This document shows, piece after piece, positions 19,622-30,102 of a stretch of 64,000 bases of DNA; positions within the stretch are counted from its first letter, which is position 1, and each line of letters begins with the position of its first letter. Position numbers and translations under genes: made by a program. This stretch comes from Candidatus Poribacteria bacterium. GTDB taxonomy: Bacteria > Poribacteria > WGA-4E > WGA-3G. The notes under the pieces are model-generated. The model did not search any database and was not told where the DNA came from. It saw only the letters and a list, made by a program, of their open reading frames with translations. Where the stretch lies: NCBI GenBank assembly GCA_965198235.1, contig OZ240248.1:1152001-1216000 (forward strand), given 5' to 3'.

Positions 19622-21526
19622 ATGATAAAAAAAATTTACGTACCCGTTGACAATTCGGACTACTCGGACGCGAGTATCGCTCTATCAGTTGCGTTCGCGA
19701 GGAAGTTCGGATCCCAATTGGTAGGTTCGCACGTTTACGCCGCAAAAATGCACGATGTTCGCTTTAAACAGATGGAGTACACCCTGCCAGAAGAATATCA
19801 GGACGAGGTCGAACTTGAAAAGCAGCGTCGTATCCACGATACGCTCATTACCATGGGGCTACAGCTGATCTCGGATTCCTATCTTGAGGTGATGAAGCAG
19901 AAGTGCACTGAATTTGGGATTCCATTTGAAGCGAGAATGCCGGAAGGCAAACACTTCATAAAACTCGTTGAAGACATTCAGGAAGGCGATTACGATCTTG
20001 TGATTATGGGCGCACTCGGTATGGGTGCCGTCAAGGATAGCCTCATTGGTGGGGTCTGTGAACGCGTCGTCCGCCGTATTAATACCGATACGCTTGTCGT
20101 CCGGGACCTCGAATCGATTGAAGAGAGCGAGGGAAATATCCTCGTCGGAATTGATGGAAGTCCGGAGTCTTTCTCAGGCTTGAAAACCGCGATACAACTC
20201 GGACAAATGCTCAATAAACAGGTCGAAGCCGTTGGTGTCTACGATCCCTATCTACACTACATCGTCTTCAATTCTGTTGTGAATGTGCTCACGGAACGCG
20301 CCGCGAGGACTTTTAGATTTAAAGAGCAGGAGCAACTCCACGAAGAGGTAATAGATACAGGCTTGGCAAAAATCTATCAGTCACATCTGGAGGTTGCACG
20401 CTCTATTGCAAAAGAGGAACACGACTACGCTCTAAAAATTACCCTGCTTGATGGAAAAGCCTACGAAAAGATTCTACAATACGTACGAAAAACAAACCCA
20501 TGGCTCCTGGTCTTGGGCAGAATCGGAGTCCACAGTGAACAGGATATGGACATCGGTAGTACTGCCGAAAATCTGTTGCGTCTGGCACCTTGCAATGTCC
20601 TCTTATCGAGTCAACGCTATTTCCCACAAATCGATGTGAAAGCGGAAGAGACGCTCGTCTGGACGCAGGAGGCTTTAGATAGGATGGAGAAAGCACCACC
20701 CCTCGTGCGCGGCATCGCCAAGACAGCCGTCCATCGGTTCGCTATAGAACGCGGGCATTCCGTCATTACCGAGAGCGTCATTGACATGGCGATGGAAGCA
20801 ATTATGCCACAACGTGCTTCTGAAAAGTTGACACGTGTCGCCAAGGAAATCGCCGAACAGAAAGTACTGGAATCGGATGCCGTACAAACGTACATCTGTG
20901 GCGAATGTGGCTACGCCGCGCACAATCAACAACCCGTGAGATGTCCCGTTTGTAGTTCGGCACCGGAGCGTTTTCAGAGGGTTGACAAGGGGTCATTGCA
21001 GAATATCGCTGTAGATGAGGGTGGCGCTGCCGAGGAAGAGACGTTTGACGGCGTGCGACTCCAGTGGTCGGAACAGGCGAAAAAGGCACTGCGGCGTGTC
21101 CCGCGCGGCTATATGCGCCGAAACGTCAAAGCGCGCATTGAGAAATCCGCACGTTCTCAAAAGATTGCCACTATCACAAACGCCTTCGCAACCGAAATTA
21201 TTGACGACAGCATGGGTGAAGCGGCAGCAGTCCGCGAAGATGCTCCCGAACTCAGAGCCGTACAAGCGCAGAGCGGTCCCCAAAATGCTGAGGTCATTCA
21301 GAATTTTGAAAGTCCAGTACAATGGACGACGGAGGCGGTCGAACGCTTAAACTTAGTGCCTGCTGGATTTATGCGGAATATTACGCAAACTCGGATTGAA
21401 CAGCGGGCGCAAGAGAACAACCTTAACCAAGTTACGCTTGATTTCGCCGCACGGGTCATTGAGGACGGTAGAAGTCTTGCCAATGAGGTGCTTGGGCAGT
21501 ACTATCAACAGTCAGATCAGGATTGA
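19622..21526 (+). CDS. Tandem universal stress protein with rubredoxin-like and three PCP_red-like domains
   Basis: Two USP domains (IYVPVDNS, ILVGIDGS), CGECG...CPVC, three W(T/S)xxA...P.(L/Y/F)(V/M)R units. Confidence 0.85.
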   Translation: MIKKIYVPVDNSDYSDASIALSVAFARKFGSQLVGSHVYAAKMHDVRFKQMEYTLPEEYQDEVELEKQRRIHDTLITMGLQLISDSYLEVMKQKCTEFGIPFEARMPEGKHFIKLVEDIQEGDYDLVIMGALGMGAVKDSLIGGVCERVVRRINTDTLVVRDLESIEESEGNILVGIDGSPESFSGLKTAIQLGQMLNKQVEAVGVYDPYLHYIVFNSVVNVLTERAARTFRFKEQEQLHEEVIDTGLAKIYQSHLEVARSIAKEEHDYALKITLLDGKAYEKILQYVRKTNPWLLVLGRIGVHSEQDMDIGSTAENLLRLAPCNVLLSSQRYFPQIDVKAEETLVWTQEALDRMEKAPPLVRGIAKTAVHRFAIERGHSVITESVIDMAMEAIMPQRASEKLTRVAKEIAEQKVLESDAVQTYICGECGYAAHNQQPVRCPVCSSAPERFQRVDKGSLQNIAVDEGGAAEEETFDGVRLQWSEQAKKALRRVPRGYMRRNVKARIEKSARSQKIATITNAFATEIIDDSMGEAAAVREDAPELRAVQAQSGPQNAEVIQNFESPVQWTTEAVERLNLVPAGFMRNITQTRIEQRAQENNLNQVTLDFAARVIEDGRSLANEVLGQYYQQSDQD

Positions 21527-21606
21527 TATTCTCTCCATCTTAAAGCGTGGAGATTCTTTTGCTTCGTATCTTATCGTAGTGGACAAAAGTTACAGAAGTT
21601 TATAGA

Positions 21607-21730
21607 ATAGGACTTACGCAGTTCACCCGTTTTCGTGGGGTCTTTCGTTCGTAGTAGCGCAATTCATTGCGCGTTCTTCGGTAATATCCGCTCAAGGTCG
21701 GCATCGACTCCAAATGTGCGTAAGTCCTAT
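21607..21730. mobile_element. 124-bp MITE with perfect 14-bp terminal inverted repeats
   Basis: ATAGGACTTACGCA ... TGCGTAAGTCCTAT; nested GTAGTAGCGCAATTCATTGCGC REP, also at 18250. Confidence 0.8.
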
Positions 21731-22011
21731 CTCTCTCCAATCTGGAGTTTCCCATTTTCACAAACGAAGGCTATGTGATAGAAGCAGGACATGAGTTTCT
21801 GGAATATAGTATGGGGAGTTTATCAAAAATAATGCCTTATCAGTCGAATGGTCCTGATAGAGGCGTGTGGACAGATTTTTAAGCTATTAACTCTGGTCAC
21901 CGTTCCACTTCGTTTCACGGTGGTTTTCGGTTAACTCCGAACAGTTATTGTTAAGCGAAAGTGCGCAGCTTGAAACGAAGTGGAAAGCGGATATACGTAA
22001 AGGAACGTTCA

Positions 22012-23304
22012 ATGCGAAACCCACCTCACCGAACCGCAAGGAAAATTGGAAATACACTAACACTCCTACTTGGGGTGTTTATCCTTGTCGCGAATGGTTT
22101 TACTGACAATTGGCACCAGTGGCGCGGACCGAACAACGACGGTGTCAGCCAAGAGACCGATGCGCCTATCCAATGGAGCCAAACCGAGAACGTCCGATGG
22201 CGTTTGCCACTTCCCGGTGCCGCCGCCTCTACCCCCGTTGTCTGGGAAGATAAAATTTTCCTCACCTCTGCTGAAGGCAATGCACTTGTTTTGATGTGTA
22301 TCAGTACCGGAGGTGAAGAACTCTGGAAGCGGACTTTAGGACGTGGCAACCGCGTCGTCAGCGGCGGCGAAGGCAATTCTGCCGCTCCCTCTCCCGTAAC
22401 CGATGGCGAACACGTCTGGGCGTTCCTCGGCACTGGGGATCTTGCCTGCTACGATTTCGATGGGAATCAGGTTTGGCACACCAATCTCGCCGACCGTTAC
22501 GGCAGGTTTAACCTCTATTTCGTCATGTCAACAACCCCGCTGCTTGATAAGGATCGGCTTTACATCCAACTCATCCACAGCAATGCATGGCTCGTACTGG
22601 CACTCGACAAAATGACGGGGAAAGAGATCTGGAAGCATAAACGCAAAAGCGACGCAACTGAGGAGTGTGAACACGCCTATACCTCTCCTATTCTCTACCG
22701 TGATTCAGAACGCGAATATCTCGTTGTACACGGCGCAGACTATGTCACTGCTCACAGCCTCAATGATGGCAGTGAAATCTGGCGGTGTGGTGACTTGAAT
22801 CCGAAGGAGCGTTATAACTACTCCCTCCGATTCGTCGCTTCTCCCGTTGCAATGGAGGGGCTCATCGTCGTCCCCTCAGCGAAAAACGGGCCTGTTGTGG
22901 GCATTGATCCGGCTGCACAAGGCGATATTACGAACGGTAAGTGGCAACGTTGGAAACTTCGACAAGGCACGCCAGATGTCCCGTCCCCGCTTATCCATGA
23001 CGGTTTAGTTTATCTCTGTCGAGAAAACGGTGATCTGATATGTCTTGATGCCGAGACGGGCAAACAACTCTATCGAGAAGGGACACATCGCCACCGACAT
23101 CGCGCCTCGCCGATCTATGCGAATGGGTTTGTCTACCTTACATCTCGAGACGGTGTTATCAATGTCGTGAAGGCGGGACGTGAATTTGAAATCGTTGCCA
23201 GGAACTCCATGGGGGAAGCCATCGCCGCATCTCCTGTTATCGCAAACGGGACGCTCTATCTGCGCAGCTATCAGGCACTCTATGCCATCGGTGGGAAAGA
23301 ATGA
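22012..23304 (+). CDS. PQQ-binding-like beta-propeller protein (BamB-like)
   Basis: DNWHQWRGP, STPVVW, YTSP, ASP repeats; signal peptide. Confidence 0.88.
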   Translation: MRNPPHRTARKIGNTLTLLLGVFILVANGFTDNWHQWRGPNNDGVSQETDAPIQWSQTENVRWRLPLPGAAASTPVVWEDKIFLTSAEGNALVLMCISTGGEELWKRTLGRGNRVVSGGEGNSAAPSPVTDGEHVWAFLGTGDLACYDFDGNQVWHTNLADRYGRFNLYFVMSTTPLLDKDRLYIQLIHSNAWLVLALDKMTGKEIWKHKRKSDATEECEHAYTSPILYRDSEREYLVVHGADYVTAHSLNDGSEIWRCGDLNPKERYNYSLRFVASPVAMEGLIVVPSAKNGPVVGIDPAAQGDITNGKWQRWKLRQGTPDVPSPLIHDGLVYLCRENGDLICLDAETGKQLYREGTHRHRHRASPIYANGFVYLTSRDGVINVVKAGREFEIVARNSMGEAIAASPVIANGTLYLRSYQALYAIGGKE

Positions 23305-24194
23305 GGACTTACAAAGAACTCCCAAGCGATGCCGGCTCCAACATTATCGGGCAAGTCACGGCGCAGGTGAACCGACTCCAGAAACGGCTCGCTTCTGTCA
23401 AGCACACAGTCGCGATTATGAGCGGGAAAGGCGGAGTCGGCAAGAGCTCACTCACTGCGAACCTCGCCACCGCCCTCACGCTGAAGGGTAACACTGTCGG
23501 GGTCGTCGATGCTGACATCAACGGACCGACGCTTGCCAAGATGATGGGGGTGCGTAACGCTACGTTGGAATACACACCCGCGGGAGTCAAGCCTGCTGTT
23601 ACCGCACTCGGCACGAAACTTATCTCTATGGATCTACTCTTGGCAGAAGACGATGCCCCGGTACTCTGGAGTGCTCACACCCAGAAGGACGCGTTCACGT
23701 GGCGTAGCACGATGGAGGTCGGCGCGCTCCGAGAGTTCATCGCCGATACCGAGTGGGGAGCACTGGATTACCTCCTGCTCGACCTGCCACCCGGAACCGA
23801 CCGGCTTCCGAACGTGGCAGAACTCATCCCCGACCTTGGCGGTGTAGTCGTCGTGACAATCCCGTCTGAGGTCTCGCAACTCATCGTCAAGAAATCGGTA
23901 ACAATGGCGAGAGACATTCTCAAGGTCCCAATCATCGGTGTTGTCGAAAATATGGCTTTCTATGTCTGTCAGCACTGCGGCGAGGCGGAACCCCTCTTTT
24001 CCACCGACGAGACACTGGACACTGCATTCCAGCAGGTAATCCTCGGTAGTGTCCCCTTTGATCCGAGACTCGCCCGTTCCAATGACGACGGCACCCTTTA
24101 TCTTGATGAATACCCGGACGCTCCCGCGAGCAAGGCACTCATGCAGGTGGTTGAAAAAGTTCAAGCGTTTTTTGAATGTAGGACGAACTGTTAG
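23301..24194 (+). CDS. mrp: Mrp/NBP35 (ApbC-like) Fe-S carrier ATPase
   Basis: SGKGGVGKS, DADINGP, DLPPGT, ENM, CQHC. Confidence 0.92.
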   Translation: MRTYKELPSDAGSNIIGQVTAQVNRLQKRLASVKHTVAIMSGKGGVGKSSLTANLATALTLKGNTVGVVDADINGPTLAKMMGVRNATLEYTPAGVKPAVTALGTKLISMDLLLAEDDAPVLWSAHTQKDAFTWRSTMEVGALREFIADTEWGALDYLLLDLPPGTDRLPNVAELIPDLGGVVVVTIPSEVSQLIVKKSVTMARDILKVPIIGVVENMAFYVCQHCGEAEPLFSTDETLDTAFQQVILGSVPFDPRLARSNDDGTLYLDEYPDAPASKALMQVVEKVQAFFECRTNC

Positions 24195-24331
24195 TTTGTG
24201 CCCCTTTCGTAACACATTAGCTGCGAGCCGCGCAGTCCGTAACGAAGTGGTTCTCACTGCGAAGCAGGTTCTACGGAGAGGCACGTAAAATACTTTACCC
24301 GTCTCACCGAACCGCAAGGAATAATTAAAAG

Positions 24332-24862
24332 ATGAAATTCTTATGTACAGACTGTGACACAGCGATGAAATTTAAAGACGTGACCCGTCCCGAACAAGGC
24401 TCCGTGACAGCACTTTTTGAATGTCCTGACTGCTTTACAGAGATCGCCATGTTCCTCAATCCGTCGGAAACCCAGATGCTGAAATCCTTGGATCTCAAAC
24501 TCGGTGGGAATAACGAAGCGGCGCAACCGATGCAGATGGTACGTTCACAGTTGGAGACCGCAAAGAGCGAAGCGATGCCTAACGAGTTTTCCCCAGAAAT
24601 GAGTTCGGGTGAAACGACTGAAGGGGGCAAATGCCCCTTTACCTCCGTCATCTCGGACGCATTTCAGGAAGAGTCTGAACCCGCCGAACCGAGCGGTCCC
24701 GTCTGGACAGCGGAGGCACTCGAACGCTTAGAGCGGATTCCAGCGTTTGTTCGTCCGATGGCGAAGATGGGGATCGAAAGTTTTGCCAAAGACAACGGCT
24801 ACGATGAGATTACAGCCGAAGTCATGGATGCCGCACGCGGAAACTTCCCCGCACAGTTCTAA
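24332..24862 (+). CDS. Zn-ribbon plus PCP_red-like domain protein
   Basis: CTDC...CPDC, GKCPF, WTAEALERLERIPAFVRPM. Confidence 0.8.
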   Translation: MKFLCTDCDTAMKFKDVTRPEQGSVTALFECPDCFTEIAMFLNPSETQMLKSLDLKLGGNNEAAQPMQMVRSQLETAKSEAMPNEFSPEMSSGETTEGGKCPFTSVISDAFQEESEPAEPSGPVWTAEALERLERIPAFVRPMAKMGIESFAKDNGYDEITAEVMDAARGNFPAQF

Positions 24863-25064
24863 TGCCGATCTCCTCTGAAGTCCCGTAGGGACGCAGAAGT
24901 ATTCCGTTCTCCTGTCGAAGGAATATTAGAATATAGGGATCCCTACTGTAAGAGCGAGCTCCAGCTCGCGATTTTTTTCTTTGGAATCCACAGAAAACTG
25001 AAGGACTCTGCGTAGGGACGGCTTCTGCTGCCCCTTGTGTCAGGCAGTGTGCGTCTATCGCCCG

Positions 25065-25957
25065 TTATGCCTCTAAGCGTTCTTGGAATGCCCGAAAACT
25101 ATTGGCTAAGGAAGCATTTAGATTCAACTGCTTGAGACTGTTAAGGTCCTCAATCGCTTCAAGCCTGGGGCTCAGAGTGTTGACATCGGCATCTGGGAAC
25201 CGCGCCTCAAGGACTGCCAAAATGTTTTCAATCATCGCTTGGCGCGCCCCGCGTTCGATGCCTTGCTCAATGCCGCGTTGTATGATGCGTTCGTAAACAG
25301 GAGATTCTTGCATGATTTCCTCCAATACCCGATCCTGAAAAAGTTCAGGCGGGTGGACTAACCCCCCAAAAACGGAGAGCGCATATAATAACGTGCCCCG
25401 CGTCTGCTTGTCTACCGGAGCCGCTTTTGTCGTTTCTATACAGGTCTCAACCCAGGCTTCAGAGGTCATCCCCGAAGGGGGCTGCATCAACGGTGTGAAG
25501 GGGAGTAACCCAACAGAGCCGGGGTCTAAATATGCTTCGCCTTCTAACTCATACACTCGGATCACATTATACGTGAACCGCAAGCCGCCCGTCCCCTCAT
25601 CTCCATACTCGTAATGCCCCGGATCTCTTTGTCCGGCAGGTGGTCGGAGATAGAAAACTGTGGAATAGACGTTCATCTCATGCTGATGTGCGAGAAAACT
25701 TGCATACGCCAACATCCGCAGCGGCATCGGTTTCTCCTGGCTATCGTCGGTTTGTGCCTCTATATGCAGGATAGCGTCCTCGCCTTTGTCAGGTAGCGAT
25801 ATCTGAAACGTCAGATCGCTGTGATGTATCTTAACCGTGGGTTGCTCGGTGTTCAGAGGGCACCGACTTCGACGCGTGCTGTATTCAGTGCTAAGGCTGC
25901 GAGTTGCTCGGGAGAATAATCCGCCAAGTGTTTGAAGAGTTCATCAAAGTGTGCCAT
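25065..25957 (-). pseudogene. Rpn/YhgA-like PD-(D/E)XK nuclease with a single-base frameshift near 25858
   Basis: ATG 25957 frame (MAHFDELFKHL...) stops at 25855-25853; the adjacent frame continues HSDLTF...LHIEAQT...MPLRML to a GIEQGIERG-type C-terminus. Confidence 0.8.
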
Positions 25958-25963
25958 ACCTGC

Positions 25964-25992
25964 ATTATACACGGGGTTGAGAAAAATATCAA
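25964..25992 (-). promoter_or_regulatory. Sigma70 promoter giving a probably leaderless rpn mRNA
   Basis: TTGATA-17 nt-TATAAT ending 6 nt before ATG 25957. Confidence 0.7.
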
Positions 25993-26427
25993 CGTGATTT
26001 TTCAAACACCCACAGGTGTTTTAAGCCATTATCCCCAGGTTGAAAGAGCTGCAATCCTGTGAAGACCGAAGAGGTTTCCTGTAAATCCTGATTCAGACAG
26101 CTAACACCCAACACTACCCAATTTAAATTCTCGATCTTCATCCAACTACGAAACCCGTTCCTACCCTGCCAAACGCTTCTATACAGATAGCATCCGTCCC
26201 ACACCCAACAACGCCTCCGACAAAAAATGTTAAAATCCGCGGAATCTGCTAAATCCGCGACAATCCGCGATTCAGACAATGCACATACCACACCTAATCT
26301 GACACTCTATCCCTATTTTTATCGCACTTTTTCGTAACGCCCCTCAAAAAAATAACGTTATCTCCTTCGTAGGAAACTATTGAAAATTCGCGCGATTTCA
26401 ACCGCGCCCAAAACAGGATAATTAAAT

Positions 26428-26542
26428 TATAGTGAAGTCCAAAAATTTATAGACGGCATGAAACTGGGCACTTACTGTCCCACTGGAGAGGTTTCCGAAC
26501 CGCGTCCGCAACAGTGTATCGGTAATTGTAGATTTTACTATA
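26428..26542. mobile_element. MITE-like element (family F)
   Basis: TATAGTGAAGTCC ... GATTTTACTATA with an internal REP-like hairpin. Confidence 0.6.
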
Positions 26543-26595
26543 AAACCCAAAGCATGTTCTCGAGTTTGTGTTTGTTTAGAGGAGGAAAATTACGA

Positions 26596-28788
26596 ATGTT
26601 GTTCGATAAATTGAAATTTATCTTAATTTTTGCCCTGCTACTCGTCGGACTTGCCTTCGTGGCAACACCCGCAACCGCAGCTGTGACACCCTTCCTGTCA
26701 GTCCCAGATGAGGTGGCAAATGACCCGGAGGACCCAGACACACAAGGCATCCAAGTATACGGCATCAGAGCTGAATCCGTTTCTTTTGAGTTAACTATCA
26801 CCTTCCAGGATGACCAGAACAATAATGCTAATACCCCAGTAACCGGCTTTGATGTCAGTGATATTGTGTTGCAGGCTTTAGATAACAACGACGATCATGT
26901 TCTGAACGGTGCAACAGCCGCTCCGCTTACAACTACAGATAATGCGGTGTGGACAACGACAATCACTGTTAAGGGTAATGTTAGTAATGTAAATATAGCA
27001 GTGCCAGCAGGGTCTGTCCAAACCCTACCCGTTTTTTCTCCCGACTTCCAACCGGGGGTACCTGCCCCCGCCGAGGCTGTAATAGAATCGGTCGAAATAA
27101 TTCGGAGCACGGCACCGCCGCTTACGCTGTCGTCTGATAAGTCTATTGGTGGCAACGCGCCGTTTACGGTGACACTCACCTCAACGACACCCATTACACT
27201 GACGCGCGCTGATCTCAAGGTCACCAACGGATATATTGATAGTATTACATCTGACACTGCCCAAAGAGTTTGGACAGTGACGATTCGTCCCGTTGTGGGT
27301 ATAATACAGATAACTGTAGAACCGTCGGCTACCGGTTCATATATCTTCCCGAAAGGCACGTTTACCGTAGATACGACCGGACCCGTCGCGACGATTACAG
27401 GAACGCCTCCGGTAGGCGGCGGTGTGTTTCCCATAACGATCACTTTTGACGAACCCCTTCAGACGAGTGCCGCACTGCTTCCGGGTGAAATCACTGTCAT
27501 CGGCGGCTCAATCACCGCCCTCTTCGCAATCCCCAATACAAACAGTTACGTCGCAACGCTCACACCCAATCCCAGTGCGACAAGCGTGACGGTGCAGATC
27601 AAGGCAAGGGCTGTAGCAGACGCGGGTGGGGTGCCAAACACAGCAACGCCTTCCCCTGCGCTCAGCTTCAGAGTCGCCGCAACCACCACGCCACCAGGAA
27701 CCACGCCAAGACAAGGAGCAGTGACGATTAGCGAAATTATGTTCGCTACAGATGGCGGCGCGAATGAAATCCAGTGGATTGAGCTTTCCAATAGTTCTAA
27801 AACCCAAGCCGTTGCCTTAGATGCTGGTAGTGGGTGGGAGCTCATCATTGAAAACTACAACGATCCGCACGCAGCCAGAGAGCCCCTGTCCGGAACAATT
27901 AATTTTAAGGATAGTGGAGGCGTGAAAACGATCCCCCCAAATCAGACGGTGCTCATCGTCTCAGCGAATGGCAGAAACTCAGATCGCATCCACTTTGTAG
28001 CGACTCGCGTCTTTAAGGTTTACCCGGAACTCGCCGCTGAATTTGGTATGAGCACCCTGCGAGATCCGTTCTTACATCCGACCATGGGGTTCCACATCAA
28101 ACTCGTCGATGGAAGAAATAACCTCGCCGATGAAGTTGGAAACCTTGATGGCAGAATCCGGACCGCTGATGAACCCGCATGGGAATTACCGAATGGCTGG
28201 ACAGAAGATGGAGACCGTACTTCGCTCATCCGCCGGTATCGTGAGTATAACCCGCGGACCCGAAGATACACGAACAAAGGCACCGCGCTCAACGGCATCC
28301 TGCGAGAAGCGTGGATCCCCGCAGTAGAAACCTCGTTCTTGGACCTATCAAGAAAAGATATTGAAACCTGGTACGGCAGCAGAACCGACCACGGGAGCCC
28401 CGGCATCCGAGCAGGGCATGCGCTCCCTGTCCAACTGTCTCAATTCCGTCCAGATCTCACCGAAGCTGGCACGGTTGTCATTAATTGGACGACTGAGTCC
28501 GAGGTGGACAACGCCGGATTCAATATATTACGAAGTCAAACGAAGACGGGTGAATTCAAGGTCATCAACGCCCAGCTGATTCCGGGAGCAGGCACCACCG
28601 CTGAACGGAATACCTATACGTGGACAGACACCACGGCGAAGCCAAACGTCGTCTACTATTACCAAATTGAAGACGTATCTTTTGATGGCGAACGCCAGAC
28701 GTTAGCGACAGTCCGCCTGAGAGGGTTGATTTCCGCTAAAGGTAAACTTGCTACGCAGTGGGGCGAATTGAAGCACTCACGAGATTAA
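26596..28788 (+). CDS. Secreted Ig-like plus lamin-tail domain protein with Poribacteria-type C-terminal tail
   Basis: GAGGAGG RBS, signal peptide, Thr/Val-rich Ig-like repeats, VTISEIMF...QWIEL, LPVQLSQF, GKLATQWGELK. Confidence 0.85.
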   Translation: MLFDKLKFILIFALLLVGLAFVATPATAAVTPFLSVPDEVANDPEDPDTQGIQVYGIRAESVSFELTITFQDDQNNNANTPVTGFDVSDIVLQALDNNDDHVLNGATAAPLTTTDNAVWTTTITVKGNVSNVNIAVPAGSVQTLPVFSPDFQPGVPAPAEAVIESVEIIRSTAPPLTLSSDKSIGGNAPFTVTLTSTTPITLTRADLKVTNGYIDSITSDTAQRVWTVTIRPVVGIIQITVEPSATGSYIFPKGTFTVDTTGPVATITGTPPVGGGVFPITITFDEPLQTSAALLPGEITVIGGSITALFAIPNTNSYVATLTPNPSATSVTVQIKARAVADAGGVPNTATPSPALSFRVAATTTPPGTTPRQGAVTISEIMFATDGGANEIQWIELSNSSKTQAVALDAGSGWELIIENYNDPHAAREPLSGTINFKDSGGVKTIPPNQTVLIVSANGRNSDRIHFVATRVFKVYPELAAEFGMSTLRDPFLHPTMGFHIKLVDGRNNLADEVGNLDGRIRTADEPAWELPNGWTEDGDRTSLIRRYREYNPRTRRYTNKGTALNGILREAWIPAVETSFLDLSRKDIETWYGSRTDHGSPGIRAGHALPVQLSQFRPDLTEAGTVVINWTTESEVDNAGFNILRSQTKTGEFKVINAQLIPGAGTTAERNTYTWTDTTAKPNVVYYYQIEDVSFDGERQTLATVRLRGLISAKGKLATQWGELKHSRD

Positions 28789-28823
28789 CCAACGGATATT
28801 CCAATTACATTTTCCGAAACAAC

Positions 28824-28864
28824 GAACGGGTAATGCACGCTATGGCATTGCCCGTTCTCTTTTT
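28824..28864 (+). terminator. Intrinsic terminator
   Basis: GAACGGGTAATGC/GCATTGCCCGTTC stem followed by T-rich tract. Confidence 0.75.
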
Positions 28865-28981
28865 CTCCCATCTGTATCTATACTGAGGACAGCTCATTAT
28901 TCGTAATGTGGAAGGGGTTTGTAACCCCAACCTTGTTCCTTCCGTTCAACCCACTCCATAAAATCCATCAACGATTCTTAT

Positions 28982-30010
28982 TTGTTCTATTATGAAGGCA
29001 AGCAAATTGTGCATGCGGAAAGGGTGATTGACACTACAGAGATTGTGGCGGCACTGCAAACTCAGACACCGACTAACGAGCAGCCGGGTGGCGATAACAC
29101 TAACGGTAATAATTTAGGTGCCAATAACCCACTACCACCACTACCACCGTCTCCACTGGTCAGAAATTCGCCACCTAACAATGGCGGCAACAACGGCGGT
29201 GGCAATAACGGCGGCAAGCAGCAACCCGTCAATGCACCAACACGAACAGCGACGACGTTAGAGGTGGTCAGTGGTGGTGGTCAGAGTGCGGAAACCAATC
29301 AACACTTGACGAACCCTCTTATTGTGAGAGTGCTGGATCAGAACAGTGTTGTGCTATCCGGTGTCACAGTGAGTTTCAGTGTGAGTCCAAGCAGTGGTGT
29401 CCTAAATCCTACGAGTGCTACCACAGGGTCAGACGGTCAAGCAAGCACCACACTACAGTTTGGTGAAACGACTGGCACGTACACCGTCACAGTAACTGCT
29501 ACTGGAGTCTCTCAGCAGGTGACATTTACGGCGACGGCTACCGCGCGACCGACTGATAGCGATTGGGCGCAACAATCACACTATTATTCTGCAGAGGAGT
29601 CTAAACAGGGATGGTTAGTATGGATATACTACCCAGAAAACTACGAAGGTCCGCGTGGGACGCCAGGGGAAAACGACGAGGCAAATTTCGTGAGCAATGG
29701 ATTCATGCTCATCCCAGACGATGAATCAACAATCACAGAGTTTTCCCAAACCGAGGGACCCTGTTTTGATGCCGAGAAACCCTGCCACATCGGCACCGTC
29801 GGCGACTGGGAAAATTCAACAACGTACAGTGTTCAGATCTTCCTCGCAACGACACAGGATCCAGCATCGTTTCAGGTAATATGGGATCGTAAGGCTGAAA
29901 ATTGGACGGATGGTTCTCCACCGCCCGACATGACATACAACCTCATGGCAAGCAAAAACACAATGCTCTATACCGACCCGATGTTTGACCCTGATCATAC
30001 CCAGCAATAA
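28982..30010 (+). CDS. Ig-like (Big_1-type) domain protein, probably 5'-truncated
   Basis: VSGGGQSA...PLIVRVLDQ...GQASTTL; N/G/P-rich linker; TTG start with no RBS or signal peptide. Confidence 0.6.
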   Translation: MFYYEGKQIVHAERVIDTTEIVAALQTQTPTNEQPGGDNTNGNNLGANNPLPPLPPSPLVRNSPPNNGGNNGGGNNGGKQQPVNAPTRTATTLEVVSGGGQSAETNQHLTNPLIVRVLDQNSVVLSGVTVSFSVSPSSGVLNPTSATTGSDGQASTTLQFGETTGTYTVTVTATGVSQQVTFTATATARPTDSDWAQQSHYYSAEESKQGWLVWIYYPENYEGPRGTPGENDEANFVSNGFMLIPDDESTITEFSQTEGPCFDAEKPCHIGTVGDWENSTTYSVQIFLATTQDPASFQVIWDRKAENWTDGSPPPDMTYNLMASKNTMLYTDPMFDPDHTQQ

Positions 30011-30022
30011 GGACCGTTAAAC

Positions 30023-30063
30023 AATGGGCAATGGACTTCGGTCCATTGCCCATTTCTTTTTTT
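30023..30063 (+). terminator. Intrinsic terminator
   Basis: Perfect 14-bp stem with TTCG loop and T-run between convergent genes. Confidence 0.9.
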
Positions 30064-30102
30064 GAAACTATTGTAATGTGAAGTCTATGTGACGTGCTAT
30101 AC

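Noticed and set aside
25853-25855. TGA readthrough (selenocysteine) in the rpn gene
   Set aside because: The conserved sequence continues in a different frame, so this is a frameshift and not readthrough
26458-26595. N-terminal extension of the 776-aa ORF (likewise the track starts at 6054, 13662, 19562, 53594, 56646, 58130, 59326)
   Set aside because: The extensions run through repeats or upstream genes; downstream ATGs fit the RBS or family N-termini better
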